DNA from: Azolla caroliniana
Taxonomy: Eukaryota > Plantae > Polypodiophyta
Reading direction: 5' to 3'
NCBI GenBank assembly: GCA_043228905.1
Contig: JBHGNT010000011.1
Span: 6,634,001-6,698,000 of the forward strand
DNA length: 64,000 nt
The notes beneath the pieces were generated by a model. The model did no database searches. It worked only from the letters and a program-made list of their open reading frames with translations, and had not been told where the DNA came from. The position numbers and the translations under genes are program-made. Shown one piece after another: positions 33,678 to 46,883 of this stretch. How positions within the stretch are numbered: the first letter of the stretch is position 1; every line of letters starts with the position of its first letter.

Positions 33678-36290
33678 TTAAAGCCAAAACCCATTTGCCC
33701 ACTTACCGATGACATCTCCAGACAACGTGCCGAGCTGATACGACCCATTGTACTCCTTGGTGATCCAGAACGGTCCGGTCCACCGAAACCGCAACTTTCC
33801 TGGCATGTTCCCCATCCGTGTCTGGAATAGTAGCACCGGTTTCCCCACTTCGAACTCCTTTTCGTTGCCACGCCGGTGTCGGTCCACGAAAGCTTTTCTC
33901 CTCCTTTGCTCCAGTTCGAGTTGTAGTAAGCTAGCTATTCGGTTTTCTTCTAATTCCAACAACGTCACCAGCCGGATTCGTTCGGACTCCTTCTCACTTA
34001 AGCGCTCCTTTACTTGGATCCGTAAGCTGGGGATCTGGAACTCTACCGGCATGACTGCTTCTAAACCGAATGCTAGTCGGAACGGGGTTGTCCGGATGCT
34101 GGTTTTGTACATTGTTCGGTACGCCCATAGCGCGCTTTGCAATTTCGTATCCCAGTCGGTCCGGTTCTCGTTGACGATTTTTCGTAGGATGTTCTGCAGA
34201 GTTTTATTCGTTGATTCCGCTAGTCCATTGGCTTGAGGGTAGTAGGGAGTACTCCTTTTATGTACCACCGCGTAAAATGACGTCTGGCTTTCTACTACCT
34301 GCCCGAGAAAATGTCCTCCTTGGTCACTTATAAGCTCGATCGGGCATCCATATCGGCACCATATGCACTCGTACAGGAACTTTGCCGTGGACGCGGCCGT
34401 GTTGTCCCGTAAGGCCTTTGCTTCTACCCATTTGGTGCAATAGTCGGTCGCCACTATGACATACCGATTTCCGGTTCGCATTGCCGGTGGCTTGAAGGGA
34501 CCGACAAAGTCCAAACCCCACTTTTGAAACGGTTCCAATGGCAAGATCGGATGGTGTGGCATCCGGGCCTGCTCCGTGGGTTGGCCCAGTCGTTGACACA
34601 AATCGCATTCTCTGCTATACTTCACGGCATCTTTTAGGGTGGTGGGCCACCATAGTCCGCTCTGCCATATTTTCCGAGCGGTTGCGTCGCCGGCATAATG
34701 CCCCCCGGCAATTCCATAGTGGGCTTCCCTGAGGATTAAATCCTTCTCATCGCTCCGCACTGCTCGTCTCCAGATGCCATCTGCCCCCTTGTGATAGAGG
34801 GTGTCTCCAACCAAGCATAAATGTCTACTTCTTACTGCTACCCTTTTCCTTTCATCGCGGTCCATGTTCTCCGGGGGTACTCCGGTGCTCAGGAACTGAT
34901 GCATCTCAGTTAGCCATGTGTCTTCATCGGCTACCGTTGCATCCGTTGCCGGTTTCGTCGTGATCCGGAACAACTCGGCGTCGGGGAACTCATCCTGGAT
35001 GCCGTCCCCTGCTTCTCCGGATTCGAGTCTGCTTAGGTAGTCCGCTACCGCATGCTGTGCCCCGGGTCGGTGGAAAATGTCGAATTCAAATTCGTGTAAC
35101 AGCAGTGTCCATCGTGCAATTTTTCCCGTCAGGGATGCCTTCGAGACCAGGTAGAGTAGTGCTGAATGGTCGACATGGAAGGAAAACTTCCTTCCGAGCA
35201 GATAGTGCCTGTACTTTGTGACGCTATACACCATTCCCAATGCCTCGCGTTCCGTCGTGTAGTAGTTCCGTTCGGCTTTTGAGAGTTTCTGGCTTGCGTA
35301 GTACACCGGTTGGTACCATTTCGGCTCCGTGAGTTGCATCAGAACGCTGCCGATTGCTACGTCCGACGCGTCGACGAAGACGTGAAAGCTTTTACTCCAA
35401 TCCGGCGGTTGCACCACCGGAGCTTGCGACAGCATAACCTTAAACGCTTGATAGGCTTCCTCCTCCGTCTCCGCCCATAGGAAGGGTACCCTGTGTACGG
35501 CGGTATGTAATGGTGTAGCGAAGTCTGCGAGGTGCCGTATCATCCTGCTATGCCACCTTATTTGGCCCACGAACCGGCTTAAAGCCTTTGCGTTATTTGG
35601 TGCTGGTGCCTCGAGAATCGCCTTGACTTTATCCGGATCTACTGCGATTCCTTCCTTACTCACCACGTGCCCTAGTAAGTTGCCGCTTGCCACTCCAAAG
35701 ACGCACTTGGCCGGGTTCAGACTCAACCGGTACTCGCGGCACTTCTCCAAGCACAGCCGGAGGTGATCGAGATGCTCTCCGTGCCGGCTGTAGACCGCGA
35801 AATCGTCAAGGAAGACCTGCATAAAACCGGGGATATATTCCCCGAAAATTTCCATTATTATCCTTTGAAAGGTCGTTGGAGACGTCTTTAGTCCGAACAT
35901 CATCACGACCGCGACGAACACTCCCCATTCCGTAACGAACGTTGTCTTCTCCTGGTCGGCCGGGTTCATTCGTATTTGGTTGTAGCCGCTAAATCCATCC
36001 AGGAAGCTGTAAACTTCATGGTCGGCTACCGCATCTAACACCCCGTCCGTAAATGGTAGTGGAAACACATCGGTCACTGTTGCGGCATTTAGTTTGCGAT
36101 AGTCCACGCATACCCGGATTTTGTCGTTCTTTTTCGGGACCACCACTATCGGACTCAGCCAGGTTGCCTGCTTGACCGGTCGGATAAATCCGACCCGGAG
36201 GAGCTTATCAATTTCCTCCTTCACCTTCGCCGCATAATTCGGATTCATCCGGTACCTGCATTGAGCGATCGGTTTCGCATCGTACTTAGG
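33678..36290 (-). CDS. Gypsy Pol: RT, RNase H, integrase
   Basis: SFLDGFSGYNQI, VFLDDFAV, VFVDASDVAIG, EREALGMV, HYGIAGGH...CDLC, WGLDFVGP, ISDQGGHF, QANGLAE, WTGPFWI. The N-terminus of the listed 975-aa ORF is LTR sequence from the nested Copia. Confidence 0.92.
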   Translation of the reverse strand, partial: PKYDAKPIAQCRYRMNPNYAAKVKEEIDKLLRVGFIRPVKQATWLSPIVVVPKKNDKIRVCVDYRKLNAATVTDVFPLPFTDGVLDAVADHEVYSFLDGFSGYNQIRMNPADQEKTTFVTEWGVFVAVVMMFGLKTSPTTFQRIIMEIFGEYIPGFMQVFLDDFAVYSRHGEHLDHLRLCLEKCREYRLSLNPAKCVFGVASGNLLGHVVSKEGIAVDPDKVKAILEAPAPNNAKALSRFVGQIRWHSRMIRHLADFATPLHTAVHRVPFLWAETEEEAYQAFKVMLSQAPVVQPPDWSKSFHVFVDASDVAIGSVLMQLTEPKWYQPVYYASQKLSKAERNYYTTEREALGMVYSVTKYRHYLLGRKFSFHVDHSALLYLVSKASLTGKIARWTLLLHEFEFDIFHRPGAQHAVADYLSRLESGEAGDGIQDEFPDAELFRITTKPATDATVADEDTWLTEMHQFLSTGVPPENMDRDERKRVAVRSRHLCLVGDTLYHKGADGIWRRAVRSDEKDLILREAHYGIAGGHYAGDATARKIWQSGLWWPTTLKDAVKYSRECDLCQRLGQPTEQARMPHHPILPLEPFQKWGLDFVGPFKPPAMRTGNRYVIVATDYCTKWVEAKALRDNTAASTAKFLYECIWCRYGCPIELISDQGGHFLGQVVESQTSFYAVVHKRSTPYYPQANGLAESTNKTLQNILRKIVNENRTDWDTKLQSALWAYRTMYKTSIRTTPFRLAFGLEAVMPVEFQIPSLRIQVKERLSEKESERIRLVTLLELEENRIASLLQLELEQRRRKAFVDRHRRGNEKEFEVGKPVLLFQTRMGNMPGKLRFRWTGPFWITKEYNGSYQLGTLSGDVIGKWANGFWL

Positions 36291-36392
36291 TGAATTTGGT
36301 GCTGATAGAGCTGGGGGTCCAGCCCTCACATGTCTTCGTACGACCACGCGAAAACATCCTTGAAGTCTGTTAATAATGATACCATTGCCTTC

Positions 36393-39300
36393 TGTTGGGA
36401 TTACGGTCCCTTCGGATGGGATGGTCGGATGTCGGAGATGAATGCCGACGAGCCCGGTTTCGGTTTCGGAACCGGATGATGAAGACCCCGGCTTCGGAGC
36501 CGGACGACGAATGTACCCGGAGAGAGATCCGGATGCGGGGACATATCCGTGAATATGTTTGCTAAGGGCCCTTGAGGCTATAGTTGTAAATAGCCCCAAA
36601 GTCATATGTGTATAAATATGACTTAGGGCAAACAGTTTTTATGTTGCTTCTCATTTTTCTGTTTTTCCACTCAAGAGGAGTGAAGAGAGAGCAGCCATGA
36701 GAGAGATAGAGCGTGAGAGAGGAAGAGGTCGACGCCTCAGTGTAATACCGCCGCCTGTGGCGAGGATAGCGAGCTCAAGGTCGTCGCCTTGCAGCTCGCC
36801 ATTGTATATTTCTCTGTGCATAGTTTTGGTTTGGAGTCTTGCACTCCCGTGGTTTTTCCCGTATAGGGTTTTCCACGTTAATCCCTGTGTTATCGTGTCT
36901 TTCTCTGTGTTTCCTATTTTCTGCTGCATTGATTCGCGATTTCTCGGTTGTGGCCGAGCGGTGAAGGTGAATCGGAGCGTCAATTCTCAACAAACTGGTA
37001 TCAGAGCGACTGCAGTGCAGAAAATGGAAGGCGGCAGTAGCGGGCAGCCGGGGATGATGGTGCTGAATGCGCAGAATTACGCCGACTGGAAGATCAAGAT
37101 GGAGGATCTTCTGATTGTTCGGGACCTGTACGAACCGATTGACAGGTCGGAAATACCGAAGGGGGTACTTGAGTCGGAGTGGAGGCTTCTGAACCGGAAA
37201 GCCGTTGCAACCATTCGGCAATACGTCGACGTGAGCGTTCTACAACATGTGGCGAACGACACCAACACATATGAGATGTGGCGGAAGCTGTCGGGCCTCT
37301 ACGAGAGGAAAAATGCGTTGAACCGGACCTCCCTGATGAGGAAGATAGTGAACCTCAAGTACCGAGACGGCGAGAGTATGGTGGAACACGTAAGCACGTT
37401 CATGGGATTCGTGAACCAGCTTGCAGCGATCAAGTTCCCGCTGGAGGATGCAATGCAAGCCATCATTCTGATGTGTACATTGCCGGAAGGCTGGGAGAAC
37501 TTGGTGGTGACTCTCAGCACCTCCTGCACCGAAGATAACTTGTCCCTGCAAACGGTAAAGACAAGTATCTTGAACGAAGAAGCGCGTCGGAGAGATAAAG
37601 AACCGGCCTCCGATCCGAAGATGTTGTTTACCGAATCGGATCGGGGAAGACAACGGAACCGGAGTCCGCAAAGACGGGAGAAGTCGGGGACCCGGTCGCA
37701 GTCAAGAGGAAGGCCCACATGCTTCCACTGTGGGAAGCCGGGGCACTTCCGAAAGAATTGTCGGCATTACCGAAAAGACAACGGAGCCGACGACACCGAT
37801 TCGAAGAAGTCTTCGGATCGGAACGGTGCTTACCGGGGAGCCACGGACCGGAATGGTTCGGATCGGCGAGGGCAGGACCGGAAAGGAACGACGGCACTCG
37901 CGGCAAGTGAAGAGGAAATCATGCTCATCACCGAAGAAGGTGAACTAAACATTGCCGGCGATGAGACGACCTGGGTGGTCGATTCCGGAGCATCGTTCCA
38001 CCTGACCTCGGAGAGAAGATACTTCTCATCCTACACAGCCGGTGAGCATGGCTGTGTTCGGATGGGAAATGAAGGTACGTGCCGGATTGCCGGCATAGGA
38101 GACGTGTGGCTGATGACATCAACCGGATGCAAGATGCTGCTGAAGGATGTTCGACACGTTCCGGAGGTTCGATTGAACCTGATTTCGGCCGGGAGGCTAG
38201 ACGATGAAGGCTACACGGGTAGCATCCGGAACGGTGTCATGAAGTTCAGCAAAGGGAGCCTGATAGTGGCTCAGGCCCGGAAGATCAACACACTGTACCT
38301 GATGAATTCCCGGCTATGTCCCGAGGAGCTGAACGTGGCAGCTGACACTGCCGGTGAGCTATGGCACAAGAGACTGTGCCACATGAGCGAGAAGGGGATG
38401 AAGAGGCTTGCAGAGGACAACCTTATTCCAGTGAAGCATGTGCAACTGGAGAAGTGCACCGATTGCCTGGCCGGTAAGCAGAACCGGACCTCCTTCCACT
38501 CAAGGCCACCGACGAGACGTAGCGCACCATTGGAGCTGGTGCACACTGACGTGTGTCAAGTGGAAACGAAGTCACATGGCGGAGCCCAGTACTTCGTGAC
38601 ATTCATTGATGACCACAGCCGGAAGCTGTGGACGGCACCGTTGAAGACAAAGGACCAAGTATTGTCCGTCTTCAAAGAACTCCACGCGAGAGTGGAAAGG
38701 GAATCCGGCAAGAAGCTGAAAGCGATACGAGCGGATAACGGAGGGGAATACCGGGGGCAGTTCGCGGAGTTCTGTCGCTCGAAGGGAATCCGGCTCGAGT
38801 TTACTGTGCCGAAGACGCCGGAACTGAACGGGCTGGCCGAGAGGATGAACCGGACCATAATGGAGAGGGTCCGGAGTATGCTGGCGCATGCGAAATTACC
38901 CAAGGGGTTTTGGGCTGAGGCAATGTCGACGGCGACATACGTGATAAACAGATCACCCTCAGTACCTTTGGACGGAGACACGCCGTAGAGAGTGTGGACC
39001 GGTAGGGAAGTATCCTACCGGCATCTGAAGGTGTTCGGGTGTCTCGCATATGTGCATGTGGCTAAGGACCGGAGAGGAAAGCTAGATCCAAAGACCTGGC
39101 CATGCATATTCCTCGGTTACGGCGATGACGAGTTCGGCTACCGAGTATGGGACCCGGTCGACAAGAAGATATTCCGGAGTCGTGATATCATATTCATGGA
39201 GAACAAGACACTCGCCGACTGGGAGTCGGAGAAGAAGATGAAGAGCTCCAAGCCGACCGGTGAGGATAAACTCTACGAGGAGCAGTCCCGACCGGCAAGG

Positions 39301-41711
39301 GACCGGTTAGCACTCAAGGATCCGGCCGAAGACGGTGAAGAAACAGAACCGGCCGAGGAAGATGAAAATGATACCGGAACCGGCCCCGATCCCGAAATGG
39401 ATTCGGATGAAGAAGAATCGGAAGAACCGGTTACCGAAGCTCCGGATCGGAGATATCCTCTAAGAGAGAGAAGGGCCCCCCGGAGATTTCCGGAACCAGA
39501 GCACGTGCTGCTAACCGACGAGGGGGAGCCGGAGAGCTTTGAAGAAGCAAAGCATGACACCCAGAGCCGCAGGTGGTTGAGTGCCATGCAGGACGAGATG
39601 GATTCCCTGCATGAGAACCACACATATGAACTTGTGGAGTTGCCGAAAGGAAAGCGGGCACTTCGAAACAAGTGGGTGTTCAAGCTGAAACCGGGAGATG
39701 CCGGAAACCCCCCGAGATACAAAGCCAGGATCGTGGTGAAGGGGTTTCAGCAGAAGAAGGGCGTCGACTTCGACGAGATATTTGCCCCGGTAGTGAAGAT
39801 GACCTCCATCCGGACGGTGCTGAGCATAGCGGCAAGCATGGACCTCGAGGTAGAACAGATGGACGTGAAGACGGCATTCCTTCACGGTGACCTCGAAGAA
39901 GAGATCTACATGCAGCAACCGGAAGGATTCGAGAAGAAAGGGAAGGAGCACCTGGTATGCCGGTTGAAGAAGAGCCTTTACGGACTGAAGCAGGCTCCCC
40001 GGCAATGGTACCGGAAGTTCAACTCTTTCATGACCGACGAAGGGTACCTCAAAACGCAGTCCGACCACTGCGTGTTTGTGAAGAAGTTCGAAGGAGGAGA
40101 CTTTCTAATACTCCTCCTGTACGTGGACGACATGTTGATCGTCGGACGAGACCAGGTCAAGATACGGATGCTGAAGAAGGCTCTTCACCGAACCTTCTCA
40201 ATGAAAGACCTGGGTCCGGCGAGGCAAATACTAGGGATGCACATCATCCGGGACCGGAAGAAGAAGCAGTTGTGGCTGTCACAGGAGAAGTACGTGACAA
40301 AGGTGCTTCATCGGTTCAACATGTCGGAAGCAAGTCCGGTCGGGTCAACACTCCCGGAAAACTGCAAGCTGTCCAGCAAGCAAAGCCCCAAGACAAAGGC
40401 TGAGAAGGAGGACATGATGAAAGTACCATATGCCTCTGCCGTTGGGAGCTTGATGTACGCAATGGTGTGTACCCGACCGGACATAGGGTATGCAGTCGGA
40501 GTGGTGAGCCGGTACATGAGCAATCCCGGCAAAGAGCATTGGAACGCGGCCAAGTGGATACTCCGATACCTGAAGGGCACAGGAAACGTGTGCCTCCGAT
40601 TCGGCTCCGGTAAGCCCGAACTCGACGGCTTCACCGATTCGGATATGTCGGCTGATGCAGATACCAGCCGGTCCACATCAGGGTATGTGATGACGTATGC
40701 AGGGGGAGCTGTTTCATGGCAGTCGAGGCTGCAGAAGACGGTTGCGTTGTCAACCACGGAGGCGGAGTACATGGCGGCTGTTGAAGCCGGCAAGGAAATA
40801 ATATGGATGAAGGACTTCATTAGAGAGCTCGGTATCCGGCAGGAGGAGTACCGACTCTACTGCGACAGTCAGAGTGCAATCCACCTTGCGAAGAACGCGG
40901 CCTATCACTCCCGGACGAAGCACATCCAGCGAAGATATCACTGGATCCGGGAAAGAATAGAAGACAAGGAGTTCGTGCTGACGAAGGTCCACACGGACGA
41001 GAACGGGTCGGATATGCTGACCAAGGTGCTCACACCCGACAAGCTGGAAGCATGCCGGAAGAGGATCGGATTGGAAAGACATCCCATGCCGAAGTGAAGG
41101 GGGAGTTTGTTGGGATTACGGTCCCTTCGGATGGGATGGTTGGATGTCGGAGATGAGGATGGTTGGATGTCGGAGATGAATGCCGACGAGCCGGATGATG
41201 AAGACCCCGGCTTCGGAGCCGGACGACGAATGTACCCGGAGAGAGATCCGGATGCGGGGACATATCCGTGAATATGTTTGCTAAGGGCCCTTGAGGCTAT
41301 AGTTGTAAATAGCCCCAAAGTCATATGTGTATAAATATGACTTAGGGCAAACAGTTTTTATGTTCCTTCTCATTTTTCTGTTTTTCCACTCAAGAGGAGT
41401 GAAGAGAGAGCAGCCGTGAGAGAGATAGAGCGTGAGAGAGGAAGAGGTCGACGCCTCAGTGTAATACCGCCGCCTGTGGCGAGGATAGCGAGCTCAAGGT
41501 CGTCGCCTTGCAGCTCGCCATTGTATATTTCTCTGTGCATAGTTTTGGTTTGGAGTCTTGCACTCCCGTGGTTTTTCCCGTATAGGGTTTTCCACGTTAA
41601 TCCCTGTGTTATCGTGTCTTTCTCTGTGTTTCCTATTTTCTGCTGCATTGATTCGCGATTTCTCGGTTGTGGCCGAGCGGTGAAGGTGAATCGGAGCGTC
41701 GATTCTCAACA
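36393..41711 (+). mobile_element. Near-intact Copia nested in the Gypsy pol
   Basis: LTRs 36393-36992 and 41108-41711; TSD CCTTC at 36388-36392 and 41712-41716; PBS TGGTATCAGAGC 36996-37007; PPT GAAGGGGGAG before 41108. Confidence 0.96.
37024..41097 (+). pseudogene. Copia gag-pol with a single in-frame stop (TAG 38986-38988)
   Basis: ORFs 36697-38988 and 38992-41097 are in the same frame; all Copia domains present; related copies have CAG at this codon. Confidence 0.92.
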
Positions 41712-41716
41712 CCTTC

Positions 41717-44619
41717 TTTTCTTCCTTCGGCAATTCCTTTGCGACATTTACCGGTCGGGGCTTGTCTGTTGTGCCGAGGTCCACCTCCTCTAGTTGGGAT
41801 GCTTCTACCCTCTGGGATATCGTCATTTCCCTCTCTAGGGATTCCTGCGCTTGTCGCAGTTCCCGGATCGCTGCTTGGTCCGGTTCATCCGGCGTCGTAA
41901 TGTACGGTTCTACTGCCGCCGTGATATCCACCTCAAATAGTGGGACGATTCGTGGGTGTTCCTCGAGGTACCGCTCGACTTCCTCGTCCGGTAATCCCTC
42001 CAACATGTTGATGTTTTCCGCATACAATGGAGTTGCTTCGTTACTGGTGATCACCCATGGTTGCGTCGTTACTCGTACCTTTATTTTCCCTCGCCGGAAT
42101 GTGATCATGTTCTTTTGCCAATTCTGCTTGATATGCGCCGTTCGTAGCCATGGTCGTCCTAGCAGTAGGGGGTACGCGCCTTGTACATTCAGCTGCAGCA
42201 CTACGGCCGATATCCGGAATACGTGGCCTCCGATCGTTACTTCCAAATCCCGGATAAGCCCGGTCGGTTGGACTGAGCTGGTATCCGCCATGTGTAACCA
42301 GAAGGGGCATGGTTCCCATTCCCGGATGCCCAGGTTCTCGCATGTCTGTTGGCTGATGACATTTACCCCGGAGCCTCCGTCAATAATCGTTCCAGCAATC
42401 TCCTTTCCTTTCACGATTGCCGTGATCGCCGGGCTACTTGTATCGACCACCGTTGGTCCTTCCTCCGGGTTGGAGAAGAATGCCGGTGCTGGTGTCGGCT
42501 TCGGTTTGCTCACGGATGCCTGTAAGTCTGCCGTAAACCGTGGCACCAACTGTAGTAGCCGTGCTAACGGCAGCACGATTTGACAGTCCTGTAGCGCTTG
42601 CCACGTCGGGTTTTCTCCTGGCTGTATGATTTCTTCGTCTTTTGGCATATTTTGGTCTCTTACTTCTGCCGCATACTGTTCATTGGCCTCCTTGATCCAT
42701 TGCGCCGCTTGTTTTCTGATTGCCTCCTGGGCTTCCCACTCGGCGGTCTTTCCCTTTGACCGGGTTGTGACCTGCTGTACTTCTATTATTTCGGTTGTAA
42801 CCATGTTCACTGCCGGCTGCTTGTCATTGGTTTTGCTATAGTGGCCTTCCTTACGACAGTATTAACAGTACACCTTGTGACTGTTGCTCGTTTCTCCTTT
42901 GTCCCCGGTTTGGAGGGTGGGTATGCTTCAGCGGTCGTCTTCGGTTTTTCGGTTATCCGGTACCGATACCGGGTTGTCATTCCTCGCTGCCTCCCGACGT
43001 TGATCTCTTCGGAAAAATCCACGCTTCTGATTCCGTCGGAAATTTCGGTTCCCTTGTCGCCTCTCTTCTCTGCGTCGTTCGTATTCCGGGGATTCGTCTC
43101 GGTTGTACCGGTCCCGGGGGTAGCTATCTCTGCGTTTCTCCTCTCGGTCATAGTTATCGCGTCTTCTATCAGTGTATCTGTTACCGCGTTCGCGTTGGTA
43201 GCGGTCGTCTCTCCGGAATCGATCCTCATCCGGGTTCTGATTGCGTGGTTCTATGTGTCGAACCGGTGCTGCCTGCCGATTTAACAGGTTATATTCACAT
43301 CGGTCCGTTGTATGGGCTCGAGAGTTGCAGATCATACATTGTGTCCGCAGGGTGCAGTCTATTGTTGAGTGGCCCGAATTTAGGCATGTTGTGTATTGTA
43401 AGGCCTGTCGGAACCTCAGGTCTTCCTCCTTTGGGAGTGCCCGGTGTAACATCCCCATCGACAGGAAGGAACTAGTCTTGTCCATTTCTAAGACCCGATC
43501 AATAACTTGGTCCATTGTGCTAGTGTGGAAATCAAGGACTCCGCACATTGTTCGAAGTGGCTCTTTCAGCGCGGCCAAAAAGACTGCTTTGGCTTCGTCT
43601 TCGGGTGGTGCTCTCGTCAGTTGGCTGTGCAGGGTCTGAAACCGAATGATGAATTGTGGCACAGTCTCGTTCTCTTCTTGCCGGGTGGTGTAGAACTGCC
43701 CGACCAATTCCCTTTGCTCAACTTGTCTGTGAAAAAGCCTGAGGAATCTAGCCTTCAAGGCATCGAATGTGGAAAAGCTGCCCGGTAAGTGCTTTGCGTG
43801 CCATCGCGCCGCCGGTCCTTCTAAGGTCATGCCGAATTCGGCGACTTTGGATCGTTCGGCTTCGGGCTCCGTCAGTCTTTGGGAGACATGGTTGGCTTCC
43901 CATATTTGGAGGAATGCGTACACGTGTGCCTCCGCGTCGGGCTCATCCCGGTACTTTGGGTATGGGTATGGCATCGTGTCGTCCAACTGACTCTCCTGCC
44001 TTCTCCGCTCTCTGTCCGCTGTTGGTGTCGGTGTGAGAACCTTTGGTTCCTCCGCGGTTGGTGCCGGTATCCGCTCCTTCAGTTCCTCCGCGGGTGTTGC
44101 CGGTTTCCGGTCCTTTGGTTCCTCCGCGGGTGTTGTCAGTATCCGCTCCTTCGGTTCCTTCGCGGGTGTTGTCGGTATCTCGTCAGCCTCCCTCGGCGAT
44201 TGCCGGTCACCGAACTCCAAGGTTATTTCTTCCTCTAGCTCCGGTGTTACTGAGTCTTCCGACCCCTCTTTCCCCCGGTCGTTTGGTGTGTCGTGGCTGC
44301 TTTTATACCGGGACGCAACGCTTCCGTCGCTTTCCGACTCCGCCTCAAGTGTTGCGAATGCTTTCGAGTCCCCGTCGCCCCCGGCGAGCGTCTATAGTAT
44401 CGTTTCCGCCTCTTGCAGGCTTGTTATGCTACTGCCTTCGTCGGGGATTTGCAGAACCCGGAACTGCAGTGCTTCTTCTGCAACTCTCCGAAGAGTTTTG
44501 GAGAATGACCGATCCCGCCGGATCTCGTCGACGGCTTGCTGCAGGGCTTCCCGTCGTTGCTCGCGTTCGGTGTATCGTCTCCCTCATTCGGTGATGTGGT
44601 CGTCGTTTGGTCTAGACAT
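41717..44619 (-). pseudogene. Gypsy Gag and protease
   Basis: ORFs 42928-44220 and 41494-42810; YPKYRDEPDAEAHVYAFLQIW, CMICNSRAHTTDRC, IIDGGSGVNVI; 36-bp Pro/Glu coding repeats at ~44020-44180. Confidence 0.88.
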
Positions 44620-46788
44620 CCATCCCCCGGTTGTCCTCTGCACTTTGCAGGAATCGTGGTTGCCAAAATAGTGTTGTCTGCCTGGCCGGACTAGCCTCAA
44701 CACAGGTGTCTATCCGACACTTCTCCAAAGGGGTGGTAAGGATTGGATGCTAGGTTACACGCGTAAGATGATTACAATTAAGCATAGACGGTAAACAATA
44801 CGAAGATATAGATAAACACGCAATAATTACTTTTGTATTACTTCCGTCAAAGCCTTTACAAATCATCGGATCCTTTTATAGGCATCCGGCAAGGTTACAA
44901 TCGGTGCGCTTAGGCAACCGACATCCGAATCGGTCCGGATCCGGATCGGTACAACTGTACCGGAACCGTCCCTCCGAATAATAATTCTACTATTATTTAC
45001 TAACCTATTATCCGATCCGACTCCGCCTTCCCACTTGTCCTTGCTCTTTTGATCGGCCAACAGTTGAAACCGGGAGATGCCGGCAACCCTCCGAGATACA
45101 AATCCAGGATCGTGGTGAAGGGGTTCCACCAGAAGAAGGGCGTGGACTTCGATGAGATATTTGCCCCGGTAGTAAAGATGACCTCCATCCGGACGGTGCT
45201 GAGTATAGCGGCAAGCATGGACCTCGAGGTAGAACAGCTGGACGTGAAGACGGCATTCCTTCACGGCTACCTCGAAGAGGAGATCTACATGCAGCAACCA
45301 GAAGGATTCGTGGAGAAAGGGAAGGAGCACCTGGTTTGCCAGTTGAAGAAGAGCCTCTACGGGTTGAAGCAGGGCCCCCGGCAATGGTACCGGAAGTTCG
45401 ATTCCTTCATGGCCGATCAAGGGTACCACAAGACGCAGGCCGATCACTACGTGTTTGTGAAGAAGTTCGAAGGAGGCGACTTCCCGATACTCCTTCTGTA
45501 CGTGGATGACATGTTGATCGTCGGACGGGACCAAGTCAAAATACGGATGCTGAAGAAGGCTCTCAACTAGGCCTTCTCAATGAAAGACTTGGGCCCGGCA
45601 AGACAGATGCTGGGGATGCATATTATCCGGAACCGGTCAGTGAAGCAATTATGGTTGTCACAGGAGAAGTACGTGACAAAGGTGCTGCACCGGTTCAACA
45701 TGTCAGATGCAAAACCGGTCGGATCGACACTTCCGGCAAACTGCAGGCTAATCCGGTAAGCAAAGCCCGAAGACGAAAGTAGAGAAGGCGGATATGATGA
45801 AGATTCCATATGCCTCTACCATCAGGAGCTTGATGTACGCAATGGTGTGTACCCGACCGGATATAGGATACGCAGTCGGAGTGGTGAGCTGGTTTATGAG
45901 CAATCCCGGCAAGGAGCACTGGAACGCGGTCAAATGGATACTCCGGGATTTGAAGGGCACTTCAAATATGTGTCTCCGATTCGGCTCCGGAAAACCTCAA
46001 CTTGACGGTTTCACCGATTCGGACATGTCGGCCGATGTGGATACCAGTCAGTCCACATCCGGGTATGTAATGACATATGCAAGGGGAGCTGTTTCGTGGC
46101 AGTCGAGGCTGCAGATGACGGTTGCGTTGTCAACCACGGAGGCGGAGTACATGGCGGCTGTGGAAGCCGGCAAGGAAATGTTATGGATGAAGGACTTCAT
46201 CGGAGAGCTCGGTATCCGATAAGATGAATACCGGCTCTATTGCGACAGTCAAAGTGCCATCCACCTTGCTAAGAATGCGGCCTACCATTCCCGGACGAAG
46301 CATATCCAGCGAAGGTATCATTGGATCCGGGAAAGAGTAGATGACCAGGAGTTCGCACTGAGGAAGATCCACACGGCAGAGAACGGGTCAGATATGTTGA
46401 CCAAAGTGCTGATACCCGACAAGCTGGATGCATGCCAGAAGAGGATTGGACTAGTAAGACATCCCATGCCGGAGTGAAGGGGGAGTTTGTTGGGAGACAG
46501 GTCCCTCCGGATGGGATGAGGAGTACCCAGCTACGGAGAGCCGGATGGTGCAGGCCCGGTGAGAACCGGATGAGAAGTACCCGGCTACGGAGAGCCGGAT
46601 GGTGCGTACCCGGTAGAAACCGGATGAGGAGTACCTGGATTCAGAGAGCCGGATGGTGCAGACCCGGTGAGAACCGGATGAGGAGTACCCGGCTACGAAG
46701 AGCCGGATGGTGCAGACCCAGTGAGAACCGGATGACGAGTGCCTGGCAAGATCCGGATGATGCAGGCCCGGTGAGGAGCGCTCTCCGG

Positions 46789-46883
46789 ATGTGTTAGTAA
46801 CATGCGGCTACATAGAGTACAACAACGTCTACTTAGCGGGGATCAGATGCTCAATTGTAAAGAGGTTCTAAGTATGAAAGGTG
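46789..46883 (+). repeat. 95-bp copy of the transposase flank 23161-23255 between a partial and a full LTR
   Basis: ATGTGTTAGTAACATGCGGC...AAGTATGAAAGGTG matches 23161-23255 with about two substitutions. Confidence 0.93.

Larger units (their letters stand above)
29733..45062 (-). mobile_element. Full-length non-chromovirus Ty3/Gypsy retrotransposon with an extra 3' ORF
   Basis: LTRs 44672-45062 (5') and 29733-30121 (3'), nearly identical. TSD GTTGA at 29728-29732 and 45063-45067. Gag from 44619; protease IIDGGSGVNVI; RT-RH-INT in ORF 33678-~36290. Confidence 0.95.

Noticed and set aside
36290-36605. Novel N-terminal extension of the 975-aa Pol ORF
   Set aside because: Chimeric: read through the antisense LTR of the nested Copia. 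The same applies to the N-terminus of ORF 36697-38988 and the C-terminus of ORF 41494-42810.
38986-38988. Programmed stop-codon readthrough in Copia pol
   Set aside because: The stop lies within integrase and related copies (about 29023 and 56709) have CAG, so it is a C-to-T mutation.
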